In this document: positions 1-12,923 of the stretch, in pieces
Numbering within the stretch: the stretch's first letter is position 1
Layout of the letters: each line of letters opens with the position of its first letter
DNA from: Octopus sinensis
Lineage: Eukaryota
NCBI RefSeq assembly: GCF_006345805.1
Contig: NC_042998.1
Location: 172,112,001-172,176,000 of the forward strand
Length of the DNA stretch: 64,000 bases
Direction of reading: 5' to 3'
Made by a program: the position numbers and the translations under genes
Notes under the pieces: generated by a model
Database searches by the model: none
What the model was told of the DNA's origin: nothing
What the model saw: the letters and a program-made list of their open reading frames with translations, nothing else

Positions 1-289
1 TTCTATCCAAAACCCAATCAAAATGCCTGAAACTTGATACGCCAATTGAATGCCAGCTAAATGTATGTGGCTGGTCGGAGATTTGGGCAGTATTCGCGTG
101 TATGTGCACATGCACGCAGCTGTATATGCATGCACTAGCGTTGCCGGGTCATAGTGCTAGTAATTATTATAATGGTATATTAGTACGTTATATAGTATAT
201 TTATGTTCAAGGCAAATAGTATTATAATATAATGGTACATAGTATGTTTGCGTTAAGGGACTACTCACTTTATTTTTGATATGCTCAGC

Positions 290-1924
290 TTAGAAATGTT
301 TGAGACACTTGCTCTTGCGCTTATACGCCGTACTGGTCTCCCGTTGTAGGAACCAGTAGTAGTCACTCATCAGCTGTGGATTGAACCGGCCTTGATACTT
401 CATTTCCATCTCAGATATGTCCTGGTGGAACCTCTCACCATGCTCATCACTAACGGCACCAAGATTCGTTGGAAAAAATCGAGATGAGAATGCAAGACGT
501 GCATTTTTAGGGATATTCGGCATCCCATTCTTTCACACACTGTTAGCATGTTGTTTATTAAATCAGCATAGTTTTCAGCTCTATGATTTCCAAGAAAATT
601 CTGTACAACTAACACGAATGAATCCCACGCCGTCAGCTCAACTGGATTCGGTTTACCTCTGAATTTGTTATCAGACATCAATTCTCTGATTTCGTGTCCA
701 ATGAAAATACCTGTTTTCAGTTTTGCGTCATTTTTCTCTGCACCAAATTTTATTTTTATATACTGGAAGCAACAACCATCGTGTGTCATTGCTTTTACGA
801 AGTTTTTCATGAGGCCGAGTTTGATGAGAAGGGGTGGAAGGAAGATGTTTTGCGGGTGGCATATGCTGCACATTGTACCGGCCAACTATGTGCTCATCTC
901 TTTTAGGCCAGTCTTTTATAGTGTAATGATTGCTGCCGTTGCGGCTTTTCCTAATACACAAAAAGCACATGTTTTTGGTACATCCCAGCTGTAGTACTAG
1001 GAGGGAAATCACCTTTAAATCACCACAAATATTCCACTTATGAACTGCGTAATTAACTCCTTTCAGAATAAGTTCCATCGATTCATAAGTTTCTTCCATA
1101 CCGACATGACCCACAAGAATGGAAGGTTTTTCATTACCATTATGTGACAACAACCTTACTCCAGTCTATAAACAATCTCCATTCATTAGCCACATGCACG
1201 TGTCCTTGTTTTTGTATGAGTGCATTAACGTCTGTACAGAAATATGCATTATTTTTTGCTTGAAAAAGACAGATAAGCTTTCATGGCGAGAAAGGAAAAT
1301 GGAAATTTTCGTACTTTGCTGTAGGAAATTCCGTTGCTGTAGTCTGGACCCCCAAAATTCTGCCTTCTCCTTTGACAGTGCTAAGTCTCTCACTAAATCG
1401 TTCAAATCTTCTTGATTAAACAAGCGTGACTTATTTTCCTTAGAATCAACTACGTACTCTTCGTCGATAGGAGAATCAGTGGGTTCATCGTGCGACGTGT
1501 CGAGATCATCAAGGGAATCATGTGAGAGGGAAACTGGGACAGGGTTCTCGAAGTCATGTGAGACCGGTTTTAGAGCCGACCTACAAGCTGCATACACAAT
1601 TTTTGCTTTGGTTTTCTTTGAGAAACCCCTAATATTAGTCATACAAAAGTAATAATCAGATACACGATTGGTTGGCTCACGCCATACCATTGGTACAACA
1701 AAAGGCATTCCCTTCCGTTTTCCATTCAGCCACTGTCTAAGCTCTGAGTAACACATACTGCAGCATATATGAGGTGCCCGCTTCTTGTCTTGGTCCCCAA
1801 CTTTACACCCGAAATAATATTCATAGACAGTTTTTAATTTGGTGGTAATGTTCTTCCGCGGGGCAAATTTTCCACAGACATAACAAAAGTTGTTTGGGTG
1901 ATTCACACAGCCTCCCCTATTCAT
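290..1924 (-). pseudogene. Frameshifted Chapaev3-type transposase
   Basis: Overlapping ORF pieces: CxxxPNNFCYVCG, YFGCKVGDQDK, PMVWREP, ICGDLKV, LPPLLIKLGLMKNFVKA, LHSHLDFFP, NLGAVSDEHGERFHQDI. Confidence 0.88.
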
Positions 1925-2337
1925 GATCTAATGCAATGGACACAGTTAAAACAGAAATCACTCAGAGCGAGAGATACACATACCACACGTGACGGCAGCG
2001 CAAACGACAATGAGAGATACCAAGAAAAAAACTGACGTATTTGGCGCTTACACATAATACGTCAGCGCCATCTATTGCTAAACTAAATAATGAACTTTTT
2101 CATCGTTTGTTTTATCGCTGTTATTGCTTTAATTTTGAATTAAGACCCCTTTAATTTTAGCAAATTTTATAATACGGCTTATATCTAGCCGAAAGTATAG
2201 TTATAATCTTGTGCATGCGCATAACTCAAAATCCTGACGTGCCAGAACGATTCTGAGTGTGGATTCGGAATCGGCATCCACGATTTAGTCTAAAACACAT
2301 GTTTTTACCCCAGTAGCAAAATCTTTGTTGTCCAGTG
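290..2337 (-). mobile_element. Chapaev3-type (CMC superfamily) DNA transposon, 3'-terminal TIR not seen
   Basis: End ...GTTGTCCAGTG|TTA at 2337 (CAC terminus plus TWA flank), with a subterminal AAATCCTGACGTG...TTAGTCTAAAAC block I recognise from Chapaev3 ends; transposase inside. Confidence 0.75.
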
Positions 2338-2596
2338 TTATTGAAAACATGCAAAGGATATATAAAGCTACTAGGTGACACAAGGAGACTTTTGAGTAGC
2401 CTATAGAGAGTAACTGTGAGACGTGCTCTGTGCAGATCAGGAATTAATGTATGTGTTTTGCGTGTTAGAGATATTGTCACAGTTAGTTTCATGAACAAGG
2501 ACATGAGAAGCAATTTTTAGAAACAATTAGAAGCAATTTTTAAAAAAATTCTTTTCAGGAACGGGTACACGTTCATATATATATATATATATATTT

Positions 2597-2857
2597 GTAT
2601 ATATAACAGGCAAGATGTGTGTGTGTGTGTGTACGTGAATGTAATTTATGCACGTCCACAAATTAACACGCATGTCGCTCCAATTTTCGTCAACTTATTT
2701 TTACCAGAGGCACCAGCAAATAGCAGTAGAAATAAAATTTCAACCAAAACTTTTAACAATTTTCAAGTCGGAGAAATCACCATTGTTTGCAAAGAGGAGT
2801 TAAGTACCCTTCTAGCGACGAGTAAGTTTTTGTTAAGACTTTTGTTGATATACGAGC

Positions 2858-2931
<74 letters not shown>

Positions 2932-3208
2932 CACACACACACACACAAACATACACACATACGAACATGTATGCGCACAAAAAACATTTATGCAATAGGG
3001 GTGTACGTACGTACGTGTGTGTGTGTGTTGCCCATATATATATATATAATATATATATATATATATAATATATATATATATAAACCAATTTCAACGGATT
3101 TCGCCCAGATTTGACGTCGATGTTACTTAGTTTGGTTTGAAATAAAGAAATTGATTAGCTTAATAATCCTAACTTAAACCCGGACAAAGCCGGGCTATAC
3201 TGCTAGTA
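2597..3208 (-). mobile_element. Non-autonomous Helitron/HINE-like element
   Basis: Minus-strand 5' end TACTAGCAGTATAGCCCGGCTTTGTCCGGG (short GC hairpin), internal microsatellites, both ends embedded in (TA)n; same end style as 12922-13794. Confidence 0.55.
2858..2946. repeat. (CA)n microsatellite
   Basis: About 44 CA units; source of the HTHT/CVCV ORFs. Confidence 0.98.
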
Positions 3209-3211
3209 TAT

Positions 3212-3265
<54 letters not shown>

Positions 3266-3302
3266 TATATAGATAGATAGATATAGATAGATAGATAGAT
3301 AT

Positions 3303-3365
<63 letters not shown>
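3205..3365. repeat. Compound (TA)n/(GATA)n microsatellite
   Basis: Directly visible. Confidence 0.98.
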
Positions 3366-3367
<2 letters not shown>

Positions 3368-3839
3368 TCTTCACAAGGGTTTTGTTCGCTTTAATATTTA
3401 AAGAATTTTGAATTAAAGGATTTTAAATTGTCCCTGTAGCTGTTCTATTGACAGAAACCATGCAGATAGGAAATGATCTTTAGAGTGAAAGAAAATTGAG
3501 TGGTTTGAAATAAGATATATTTTTGTGAAAAGGGAGAAAATAAAAGTATTTTTATTTGCATGAATATGCTATTATAATTCTTTAACAGAATGTGTGTGGA
3601 TGTTGTAAAAGTCTGTTTATATTATGGTTATTAAACCAAATTCTACTCTGACGGATGGAACTACTGAACTTATTTATTGCAAAACACACGTTAAAATAAC
3701 CTAGGTAGTAAATTCCAATGATATAGAATGAAAATTTAATCTTATTTCATAGCTTTAACCCGTGCTAATTGAAACAAATTAAAAGGCTTTTTTTTCATTC
3801 GGATCGCCTATGGCAAATAAAATGCCAATAAGAGAAATC

Positions 3840-4472
3840 AGAAGACACGTAGTCATTGCTACCATATATACTGAGGTGCTGGAGACAGTTGTTTAGCCTT
3901 GAATAAATGAAGTGCGCAGTGAAAGTCCATACTTTTTTCGACAAGACTCAGCACCTCTTCACAACGCCCACGAAATCCAAGAATGGACGCCAGACAATTT
4001 TACGGTCGTGTAACACCAAACTTGTGACCTCCAAACTTACAAGATTTAAACCCAATAGCGTACAACGTTTGGAGCGTTGTTGAAAGGGAGACCAATCGAT
4101 ATCCTCACAATACCAATTTCTTTACTGCCCACAAGGAGCTAAACACAGAGAGGACAAACAAGGACAAACAAGCGGATTAAGTCGATTATATCGACCCCAG
4201 GGCGTAACTGGTACTTAATTTATCGACCCCGAAAGGATGAAAGGCAAAGTCGACCTCGGCGGAATTTGAACTCAGAACGTAACGGCAAACGAAATACGGC
4301 TACGCATTTCGCCCGGCGTGCTAACGTTTCTGCCAGCTTGCCAGCTTCACCGAAGGCTGCCATTGTCCAGTTGATGTCCGAAATGAATAAGCGCTATATA
4401 GTACAGGTATGTCAACGATTCTGGCCCTACATTGAAGCTATCATCGAAGATGAAGGCAGATTCATCGAATAA
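3840..4472 (+). pseudogene. maT/DD37D-like Tc1-mariner transposase C-terminal relic, split by a SINE
   Basis: QDSAPLH...W...PPNLQDLNPI gives 37 residues between catalytic positions after one frameshift correction. VWSVVERETNRYPHNT resumes after the SINE as PKAAIV...CQRFWPYIEAIIEDEGRFIE*. Confidence 0.75.
4116..4342 (-). mobile_element. SINE family B (pol III box A/B head, Nin/Meta-like central domain)
   Basis: Minus strand GCTGGCAGAAACGTTAG...GAGTTCAAATTCCGCCGAGGTCGACTTTGCCTTTCATCCTTTCGGGGTCGATAAATTAAGTACCAG. Confidence 0.85.
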
Positions 4473-4529
4473 TCTTAAAAGAAAGTTTATCGAGAGCATA
4501 AGCAGCGTTCACCAGTTTGGGAAGAATAA

Positions 4530-4738
4530 ATATTAGCTTCAAATTCTGGAACAAGGATAGCAATTTCGGTAGAGGGGACTGGTCGATTACATCGACCCTA
4601 GTTCTCCACTAGTATTTATTTTATCGACCCCGAAAGGATGAATAGCAAAGTCAATCTCGGCGGAATTTGAACTCAGAAAGTAAAGACGGACGAAACGTTT
4701 TGCCTGGAGTGCTAACGATCCTGCCTGCTCGCCGCCTT
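4530..4738 (-). mobile_element. SINE family B, older copy with alternative tail
   Basis: Same ATCGACCCCGAAAGGATGAA...GGAATTTGAACTCAG core as 4116-4342. Confidence 0.8.
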
Positions 4739-5434
4739 AAGGGAAGAACGATCAACTTAATTTACTCCACTTCGCAATTGATTGATTAACATATCTAGTG
4801 ATCGCAAAATAATAAGTAGTATGATTTTAAAGCAGGGATTTAAAACTTTAAAAATATTTCCTAGTCATAAAACAATTTTGAAAAGATTTTCAAAATGAGA
4901 TGTTAAATATGGACGATAGACATGATACGTTCATAGTTGGTAACAAACCTTTTTATTCTTTCGACACAATTGCATCGTTCTCGTTTCTTTAAAGGTCATT
5001 CACTTGTAATACACTGTTTCATGCATTCTAGTACTCACATTTAATGCTCTCAGTGAAGTCCCAAACGTTTGAATGATAGGCTGGTTATTAGTTGCTTTTC
5101 AAAAGCCATATGCTAGCTTTTAACGGAATTGTTGGTTTTCTGTAACTCTCGTAAGGCTGACAAGGCTGAAATTGTGTTCGATGCACTAGTCTCTGAAAGG
5201 GTACTTACTTAAAGTCTTTGAAGTAACTAATTGTCTGTGCCTCAGGAGAAGTAATATCACTATTAGTCTAAATGTTTCTATGATTAAGTGGACAAGCACA
5301 TTTGCTATTACAGATAGCAGTGAGGGTATACTGTTGATTGATTTACTATAGTGTCACCGATTGCGCTTATTCACGAACGACATTTATTTATTTATTTGTT
5401 TATTTATTTATTTATTTTATTTAAGTTACTTATA

Positions 5435-5829
5435 TTACTCTTTACTCTTTTACTTGTTTCAGTCATTTGACTGCGGCCATGCTGGAGCATCGCCTTTAAT
5501 CGAGCAACTCGATCCCGGGACTTGTAAGCCCAGTACTTATTCTATCGGTCTCTTTTGCCGAACCGCTAAGTAACGGGGACATAAACACACCAGCATCGGT
5601 TGTTAAGCAATGCTAGGGGGACAAACACAGACACACACACACTCATATATATATACATATATACAATGGGGGCTTCTTTCAGTTTCCGTCTACCAAATCC
5701 ACTCACAGGGCTTTGGTCGGCCCGAGGCTATAGTAGAAGACACTTGCCCAAGGTGCCACGCAGTGGGACTGAACCCGGAACCATGTGGTTGGTAAACAAG
5801 CTACTTACCACACAGCCACTCCTGCGCCT
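5435..5829 (-). mobile_element. SINE family A (tRNA-like head, CORE-like domain, internal (CA/TA)n, AAAGAGT tail)
   Basis: Minus strand AGGCGCAGGAGTGGCTGTGTGGTAAG...GGGTTCAGTCCC...CCTTGGGCAAGTGTCTTC; more than 10 copies in the window. Confidence 0.9.
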
Positions 5830-6307
5830 ACATATTCATCAGATCTTTAACATAAAACTGTCTCCTCGGTTTTTTCTCTTTCACAAAAGTAAATAACTGA
5901 AACACCGAAGCATCTTATAAACAACCAAACTTCAACTAATGACAGTTGAGTAAAACTTCAAATATTGTTTTCTATTTGTAGAACTAAATATCGCCGGTGA
6001 ATAATATATCAATCGGTGAATTGTTTGTTTGTGGGTGGATTTGTTAATCAGAGAATTTCACTACCCGGATTAATAACGTCGTCACAAGAGAGATTTGAAG
6101 TGAGATCTATAGAATATAAAACAAAATTTATATTGTATTTGATGAAAACGGTTGGCAGTTTCTTCATATTTCTTTAAAATTATCTCATCATACCATTTTA
6201 AGACAAAGGATTAATTGTGGCAACAGGAAAGGTTAAAAGAAATTCAAAATGTATACACCGTATTCTTCAGAGCTACCCACGCCCCGCGCGTATCATTCAG
6301 AGTTATA

Positions 6308-6720
6308 GCGGATCTTTCCGGTTTGAACGGCAGTTTTTTCTAGCGGTGTCATATGAAATGGTCACCCATAATTATGACCCTAGTATTGATCTATTGCATT
6401 TCAATCTGTTTTAGGGTTAGAGTTAGGGGGGGGGTATATTTTTTCTTCAGAAATCTAAATAAACCCAATCTGTTTCTTAAACGAGGGACATATTCATACG
6501 GCACAGAATGCTTTCACCTCAATAGACGTCATTGATTGGTTGAAATTGCAGAAATTGAAGAAAAAAAACAACAAATATCTTACAAACTATAGAATTTTCT
6601 CAATAAAGCCAAGAGAAAAAAATGTTTTATAAACGCATTCTACCAGTATACGAAGTTTAAAAGTGTTTAGTTACGTGGAAATTATATGAGAAAACTGCCG
6701 TTCAAACCGAAAAGATCCGT
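6308..6720. mobile_element. MITE, ~28-bp TIRs, TA flanks (Tc1/mariner-type), copy 1
   Basis: TATA|GCGGATCTTTCCGGTTTGAACGGCAGTTTT ... AAAACTGCCGTTCAAACCGAAAAGATCCGT|TATA. Confidence 0.88.
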
Positions 6721-7234
6721 TATAGCTTTAATTATGACGCAAAAGCTGATGCTACAAGTAATAGGAAAACTAACCACTATATGTTCGAAAAAAATCAAGC
6801 CTCGAAGCATGCATACGATGCTAGGTGGATGAGGAAGACAAAAAAAAAGCCTATCTTTAGGGACAATTTTTCATAAGTGATATTTTTTCTCAGAAGGAAA
6901 ACTTATTGATTAGCTCTGGATCAATTGCGATCAAGAAGATTTATGATGAAAGATGTCCTAGATGTTTTAGTCAGAACCTATCTAGAATTATAATATTTAA
7001 AATGTCCTTTTTTTGAATGACGATAGTGTGATTCGAGGAAGATTTAGCTGCTATTTCTAGCAGATTGAGATACTCGCGCAGCGGCCACCTCGTTGGCTCA
7101 GCTGACGAATTAATTTTTAACGGTCATGATTTAAAAAATTATTAATATTAAAATTCGTAGAAGTCTGAACAGTTTGTATTTCACGAAACCTTTTAGAATG
7201 TCTCGGTGACATGAAAAATTTACACATTCCTTTC

Positions 7235-7800
7235 GATATAAGTCTGAGATATTGCTGTGGTAGGACCCTCGATTCCACAGGTTTTCACGGTCTGTCTTGC
7301 CACTTAAATGCTGATCATTTCGCTCATCACACCGAGCTAAACTTAATCATTAAGCGGGCCTGGCTCGGGTTAATATGTCCTCAGTTCTGGAGCCGGCGGG
7401 ATTATCCAGAAGGGATGGAAGAGGCCAGATGGTCTTACCTTCTATCCCTGGGTAAGAGGTAGGTACTGCCTCTGGGACATCACAGTCTGTGACTCCTTTG
7501 ATCCTTCCTACATCCTGGATGCTGTGGTAAATGGAAGGGTCACTGCTTTCGTAGCCGAACGGAGTAAAATCCTTAAGTAACGGGACTTGTCAGTGAACGA
7601 TCTCATCCAGCTTGTTGCGTTCGAGACGTTTGGAGTGGCTGGGCCGCAAATGGCGATGTTCTTGTCATCGTTGGCTGCTCATCGTACCGTGGTGTGAGGT
7701 CATGCGTGTGAAGATGCTTGGCTGTTCTAACGCCTTAAGCCTCGTTATCGTGCGTGGCAATGCCGAAAGCGTGCTGGCTTGCTTCAGTAGGTTCCGTTGA
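7235..7800 (+). mobile_element. 3' fragment of an RLE-type (CRE-clade-like) non-LTR retrotransposon
   Basis: Zn-knuckle CCGRTLDSTGFHGLSCH, then HTELN, (R)PDGLT, WDITV, AERSKILK, AFETFG, LVIVRGNA across frameshifts and stops. Confidence 0.75.
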
Positions 7801-7881
7801 ACCTTGCTGCGAGCGACTAATTGAACCCCTTCGTGTTGAATTAATGTGTCCTCTTTCTATTTTTCTTTTGTAAAATATATT

Positions 7882-8313
7882 CCGGATCTTTTCAGTTTGA
7901 ACGGCAGTTTTTAACATAATTTCCAGGTAACTAAAAAATTTTAAACTTCGTATACTGGTAGAATGTGTTTATAAAACATCTTTTTCTCTTGACTTTATTG
8001 AGAAAATTCTATAGTTTGTAAGATATTTGTTGTTTTTTTCTTCAATTTCTGCAATTTCAACCAATCAATAACGTCTATTGAGGTAAAAAAAAACATTCTG
8101 TGCTGTATGAATATGTCCCTCGTTTAAGAAACAGATTGGGTTTATTTACATTTGTGAAGAAAAAAAAGATACCCTTCCCCCCACCCCTAACCGTAACTAA
8201 CCCTAACCCTAAAACAGATTGAAATGCAATAGATCGATACTAGGGTCATAATTATGGGTGACAATTTCATATGACACCGCTATAAAAAACTGCCATTCAA
8301 ACCGAAGAGATCC
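7882..8313. mobile_element. Same MITE family, copy 2, inverted relative to copy 1
   Basis: CCGGATCTTTTCAGTTTGAACGGCAGTTTTT ... AAAACTGCCATTCAAACCGAAGAGATCC|TATA; interior is the reverse complement of copy 1. Confidence 0.88.
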
Positions 8314-8907
8314 TATATTCCTTTTCCCTGAATTGTAACAAACAGAATGCAATTTGATTAGATAATTGCTTCTTTGTATTTACATGTATATAGACATTTT
8401 TTGTTACCTTATTTCTTAATGATTATAGTTATTTACCACCTAGATATATGTATTGATCTATTTATAGTTTACTTAGAAACTTTGTATCTGTTTGCTAATG
8501 AATAATAAACAAAAACATTAGGCTGTTTATTATAATATAGGATGAAAAATAAGTTTTAAATCATCTTTAAAAATAAAGGTGAAAAACTGTTATGAGGATA
8601 AATGGCTGTAAGGTTAAAGGGAGGTAAGTCATAATAAGAGAAATAACTATGTAAATTATTAGATTAATTTAACGAGGAAAAGAGATTTTCATTACTCATA
8701 AGATGATTAAATATTTTATTTATTTGAGCTAGTATTGTGTTTAGCTCATCTCATAAGTATTTATAATTAGGAATTTAATACAAACTGCATTGATTATATT
8801 AACGTTATTTTTCTCGAGAATGGTGTCTATCGATTTGCTTATTTTGATATGAATAAGATATTTCAATAAAGACTCAAAATAAAATGGAACGGAATAGCGA
8901 AGATATA

Positions 8908-9299
8908 TAGGAGGAAGCACTCCGTCGGTTACGACGACGAGGGTTCCAGTTGATCCGAATCAACGGAACAGCCTGCTCGTGAAATTAACGTGTAAGTGAC
9001 TGAGCACTCCACAGACACGTGCACCCTTAACGTAGTTCTCGGGGATATTCAGCGTGACACAGAGAGTGACAAGGCCGGCCCCTTCAAATACAGGTACAAC
9101 AGAAACAGGAGGTAAGAGTGAGAGAAATTTGTGGTGAAAGAGTACAGCAGGGATCACCACCATCCCCTGCCGGAGCGTCGTGGGGCTTCTTTAGGTGTTT
9201 TCGCTCAATAAACACTCACAACGCCCGGTCTGGGAATCGAAACCGCGATCCTATGACCGCGAGTCCGCTGCCCTAACCACTGGGCCATTGCGCCTCCAC
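8908..9299 (-). mobile_element. tRNA-derived SINE family D, full length, 12-bp TSD
   Basis: Head GGAGGCGCAATGGCCCAGTGGTTAGGGCAGCGGACTCGCGGTC...GGTTTCGATTCCC; TSD AGCGAAGATATA at 8896-8907 and 9300-9311. Confidence 0.88.
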
Positions 9300-9464
9300 A
9301 GCGAAGATATACATAGTTTGATAATAACTCCTGTAGAAAATAAATCTCAATGGCAAATTCCGTTTAAAGACCATTTCATTAGATAGGCCAATTGGTAATT
9401 TAATACGAGTGATAGCGGTGTACTAAAGTAGGAACTTATCAATATGTATTGGAATATATGATGT

Positions 9465-10053
<589 letters not shown>

Positions 10054-11252
10054 TTGGGTTAGCAACTAAGTTCCCATCGTTTTTTTTAATTTTGGAATCT
10101 ATTTTTTTTCGAGAATTCTATTTTTGAATCATTTTGGAATCTATTTTGTTTGTTTTTTTTTTTTTGTTTTTTTTTCTAGTTAATTTTAGTCAATTTTTGT
10201 TTATTTTCAGATCATTAAAATGGAATGTCAAGTTCAGAAAAACGAGCATTTCAACACCTCCTTCTTTTTGCTTTTAATCAAGGTTCTAAGGGCACAAAAT
10301 CTGCTTTCAACATTTGTACTGTGTATGGAAAGGGTGCCATAGCTGAAAGAACCGCTCACGATTCGTATGCCAAGTTCAAAAATGGAAATTTTGACCTCAA
10401 AGCCGCACTTCGTTCTGGCCGTCCAGTTGAGAGCGATTAAACCAACTTTTGCACGAAAATTCTCGTCAAACGACAAGGGAACTGGCAGAGAAAATGGAAT
10501 GCTCCCACACCGCTTTAGAGAAGCATCTTCACTCGATGGGAAAGGTTCAGAAGTATGGAGCATGGATTCCGCATGCTTTAAGTGATAACAACAAAAATCA
10601 ACGAGTCACAATCTCCGCTGGTTTGCTTGCTCGTCACCGCTCAACTCATGGACACAAGCAACGATTTATTTACCGAATCGTTACTGGCGACGAAAAATGG
10701 TGCCTGTACATCAATATGAAGCAGCGTAAGGAATGGCTTAGCTCTGGCAAACAAGCGACATCGCGTGTGAAACAAGATCTTCATCCACGTAAAACGCTGT
10801 TGTGCGTATGGTGGGACTGGGAAGGGATTATCCATTACGAATTGCTTGAACGGAACCAAACTGTCAACGCGGAACTCTATGTTCAACAGATGGAAAGGCT
10901 CGACACGGCTATTCAAGAGAAAAGACCTAATCGTCAGCATGAAGTTCTTTTGCTGCACGACAACGCCCACCCTCATATCGCCAATATGACCAAGGAAGCC
11001 ATTCAAACGCATGACTGGGAAGTTCTGTCACACCCGCCGTACTCTCCTGATTTGGTACCAACGGATTTCCACCTCTTTCGATCTCTTTCAAATGCTATGA
11101 GCGGAGTTTCGTTCAATACTGATGCAGAATTGAGAGCTTGGTTGGATCGAATTTTCGAGTCGAAATCGGATGATTTCTACCAACGAGGTATTGAAATTCT
11201 TGTTGAACGTTGAGAAGTTGTAAACAACAAAAGTGAATACATTATTGATTAA
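10054..11252 (+). mobile_element. Mariner (D,D34D; mellifera-subfamily-like), 3' TIR not seen
   Basis: TA|TTGGGTTAGCAACTAAG left TIR; ATG at 10220; RSGRP, WIPHAL, TGDEKW, HDNAHPH, HPPYSPDLVPTD with 34 residues between D2 and D3; two early frameshifts and a late TGA. Confidence 0.92.
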
Positions 11253-12508
11253 TTAGTTGTATAAAAGAACACGGATGGGGCAATAAAGGAAATCTGGTAA
11301 TTTACAAATCAAGTTGTGAACGGGAAAAATAGTATCAACAATAATAATGGTGAGAGAGAAGAAAAATAAAAAGAAAAAGAAAAGAAAAATAAAATGCATA
11401 AATTAAATTTTAAATTTTATTTTTATTCTTAATCTTAATTTTTTAGTTGTTTATTTTCAATTATAATTATAATCACTATGATTTAAATTATTTTCTTACT
11501 TTCTTGCATTGTTTTTCGAAACGTACGTATGCATTGAATAAATCTATTTCTATTTCAACATCTCTCCTTTTTTTATATTGTTTATGGTATATTCTTATAC
11601 TTAAAACGAATCTCCTCAAATATTATATTCATATTCTTATTACCTGTTCTGGCTGGTTTCATGAATATGATGAATCCTTATTAGAAATCACCTTTTCTCT
11701 CTTTTTGGATCCCCCAAAAAGTTTGAATTGTTCTTTTAGAACTTACTTTTTCTTAAATATGTAGTGGATCTTGCATGCATGAAGTGGATACGATCCAACA
11801 TAGCCAAATTTAAATTAACACTTCAACAGAACTTTTCCCTCGGTGGAACAATGGTTTTTCTCTGACAGCAGTTTTACATTTTCCAGATGCCTTTAGCTAG
11901 GCTAAAATATTGTCTTCACCACTTGACCCTTTCTAACCTCTTCTACTTCACCAAAAGCTAGAATAGAGATAACAAGACCACCAATTAAATCTATTGTTCT
12001 CAATGATATATCTATCCTTCTGGATAGTTATAAAAGCAAGAACACCCCAAGCAAAAATCAGTCGGTGACGACTCAACGAGTCCAGTCACATGGTGACGAT
12101 TCAACAAGTTAGTCACTTCAGTGACAACGAAGTCTGGCTGACCAGCTAGAACCTTGGCCAGAGAGAGAAATGGAGATTACTGTCAGCAACTGTGAAAAAA
12201 CACCCTACAACTCTCACTAGCTCTAATTCTGTTCTCTTACAACATGATTCTATCTCTCTCTGTAATTACTACTAAACAATGATGAGGACGACACAAATAC
12301 AAACTTTACTTCGAATGCTTTTGGATTTATCATAACCTGCCCATCGAGGCAAGGTATTGTAACGTAACGGTAAATTAATAATAAACATGCAATTCTAACA
12401 ACAAATTTTTATCGATACAACTGCTGACTCCGACATTTCATATTATTGTTTACAAATCAATCTTACCCGTTACAATTGGTAACCGCTATCATTACAAATA
12501 TATATATA

Positions 12509-12554
<46 letters not shown>

Positions 12555-12694
12555 GGGTGAGAGAGAGAGAGAGATGTATCTATATATTTATAAATATAAA
12601 TATTTATATGTATATATATAAATATATAGAGATATAGATAGATATAGATTGAGATATATGTATCTATATATATATACATATATATATGTATGTA

Positions 12695-12890
12695 TTTACT
12701 TTACTTTTACTTGTTTCAGTCACTTGACTGCGGCCATGCCGGAGCACCGTCTTTAGTCGGGCAAATTGACCCCAGGACTTATTCTTTATAAGCCTAGTAC
12801 TTATTCTATCGGCTCTTTGCCACCATCAGTTGGCAAAAAGCGATGTTGGAGGAGGGGGGGACAAACACAGACACACAAACATACATACAT

Positions 12891-12923
<33 letters not shown>

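Noticed and set aside
2617-3114. Long ORFs with HTHT, CVCV, ERER, YIYI or SLSL runs (also near 9637, 12446, 35083, 42885)
   Set aside because: Translations of dinucleotide microsatellites; no splice or homology support.
5209-5267. Minus-strand exon-like segment (ag|TNSDITSPEAQTISYFKDF|gtaagt)
   Set aside because: Weak acceptor, no recognisable homology, no partner exon with a plausible intron.
5600-5896. Recurrent ORFs MLGGQTQTH.../...ASFSFRLPNPLTR... (also near 28941, 40070, 53495, 57150, 59800)
   Set aside because: Reading frames through SINE family A; they recur because the SINE does.
9210-9299. tRNA-like sequence
   Set aside because: Head of a SINE with body and TSD; no complete acceptor stem.
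12358-12474. TGTAACG...CGTTACA mini solo-LTR
   Set aside because: Only 117 bp, no TSD, no convincing PBS or second copy.
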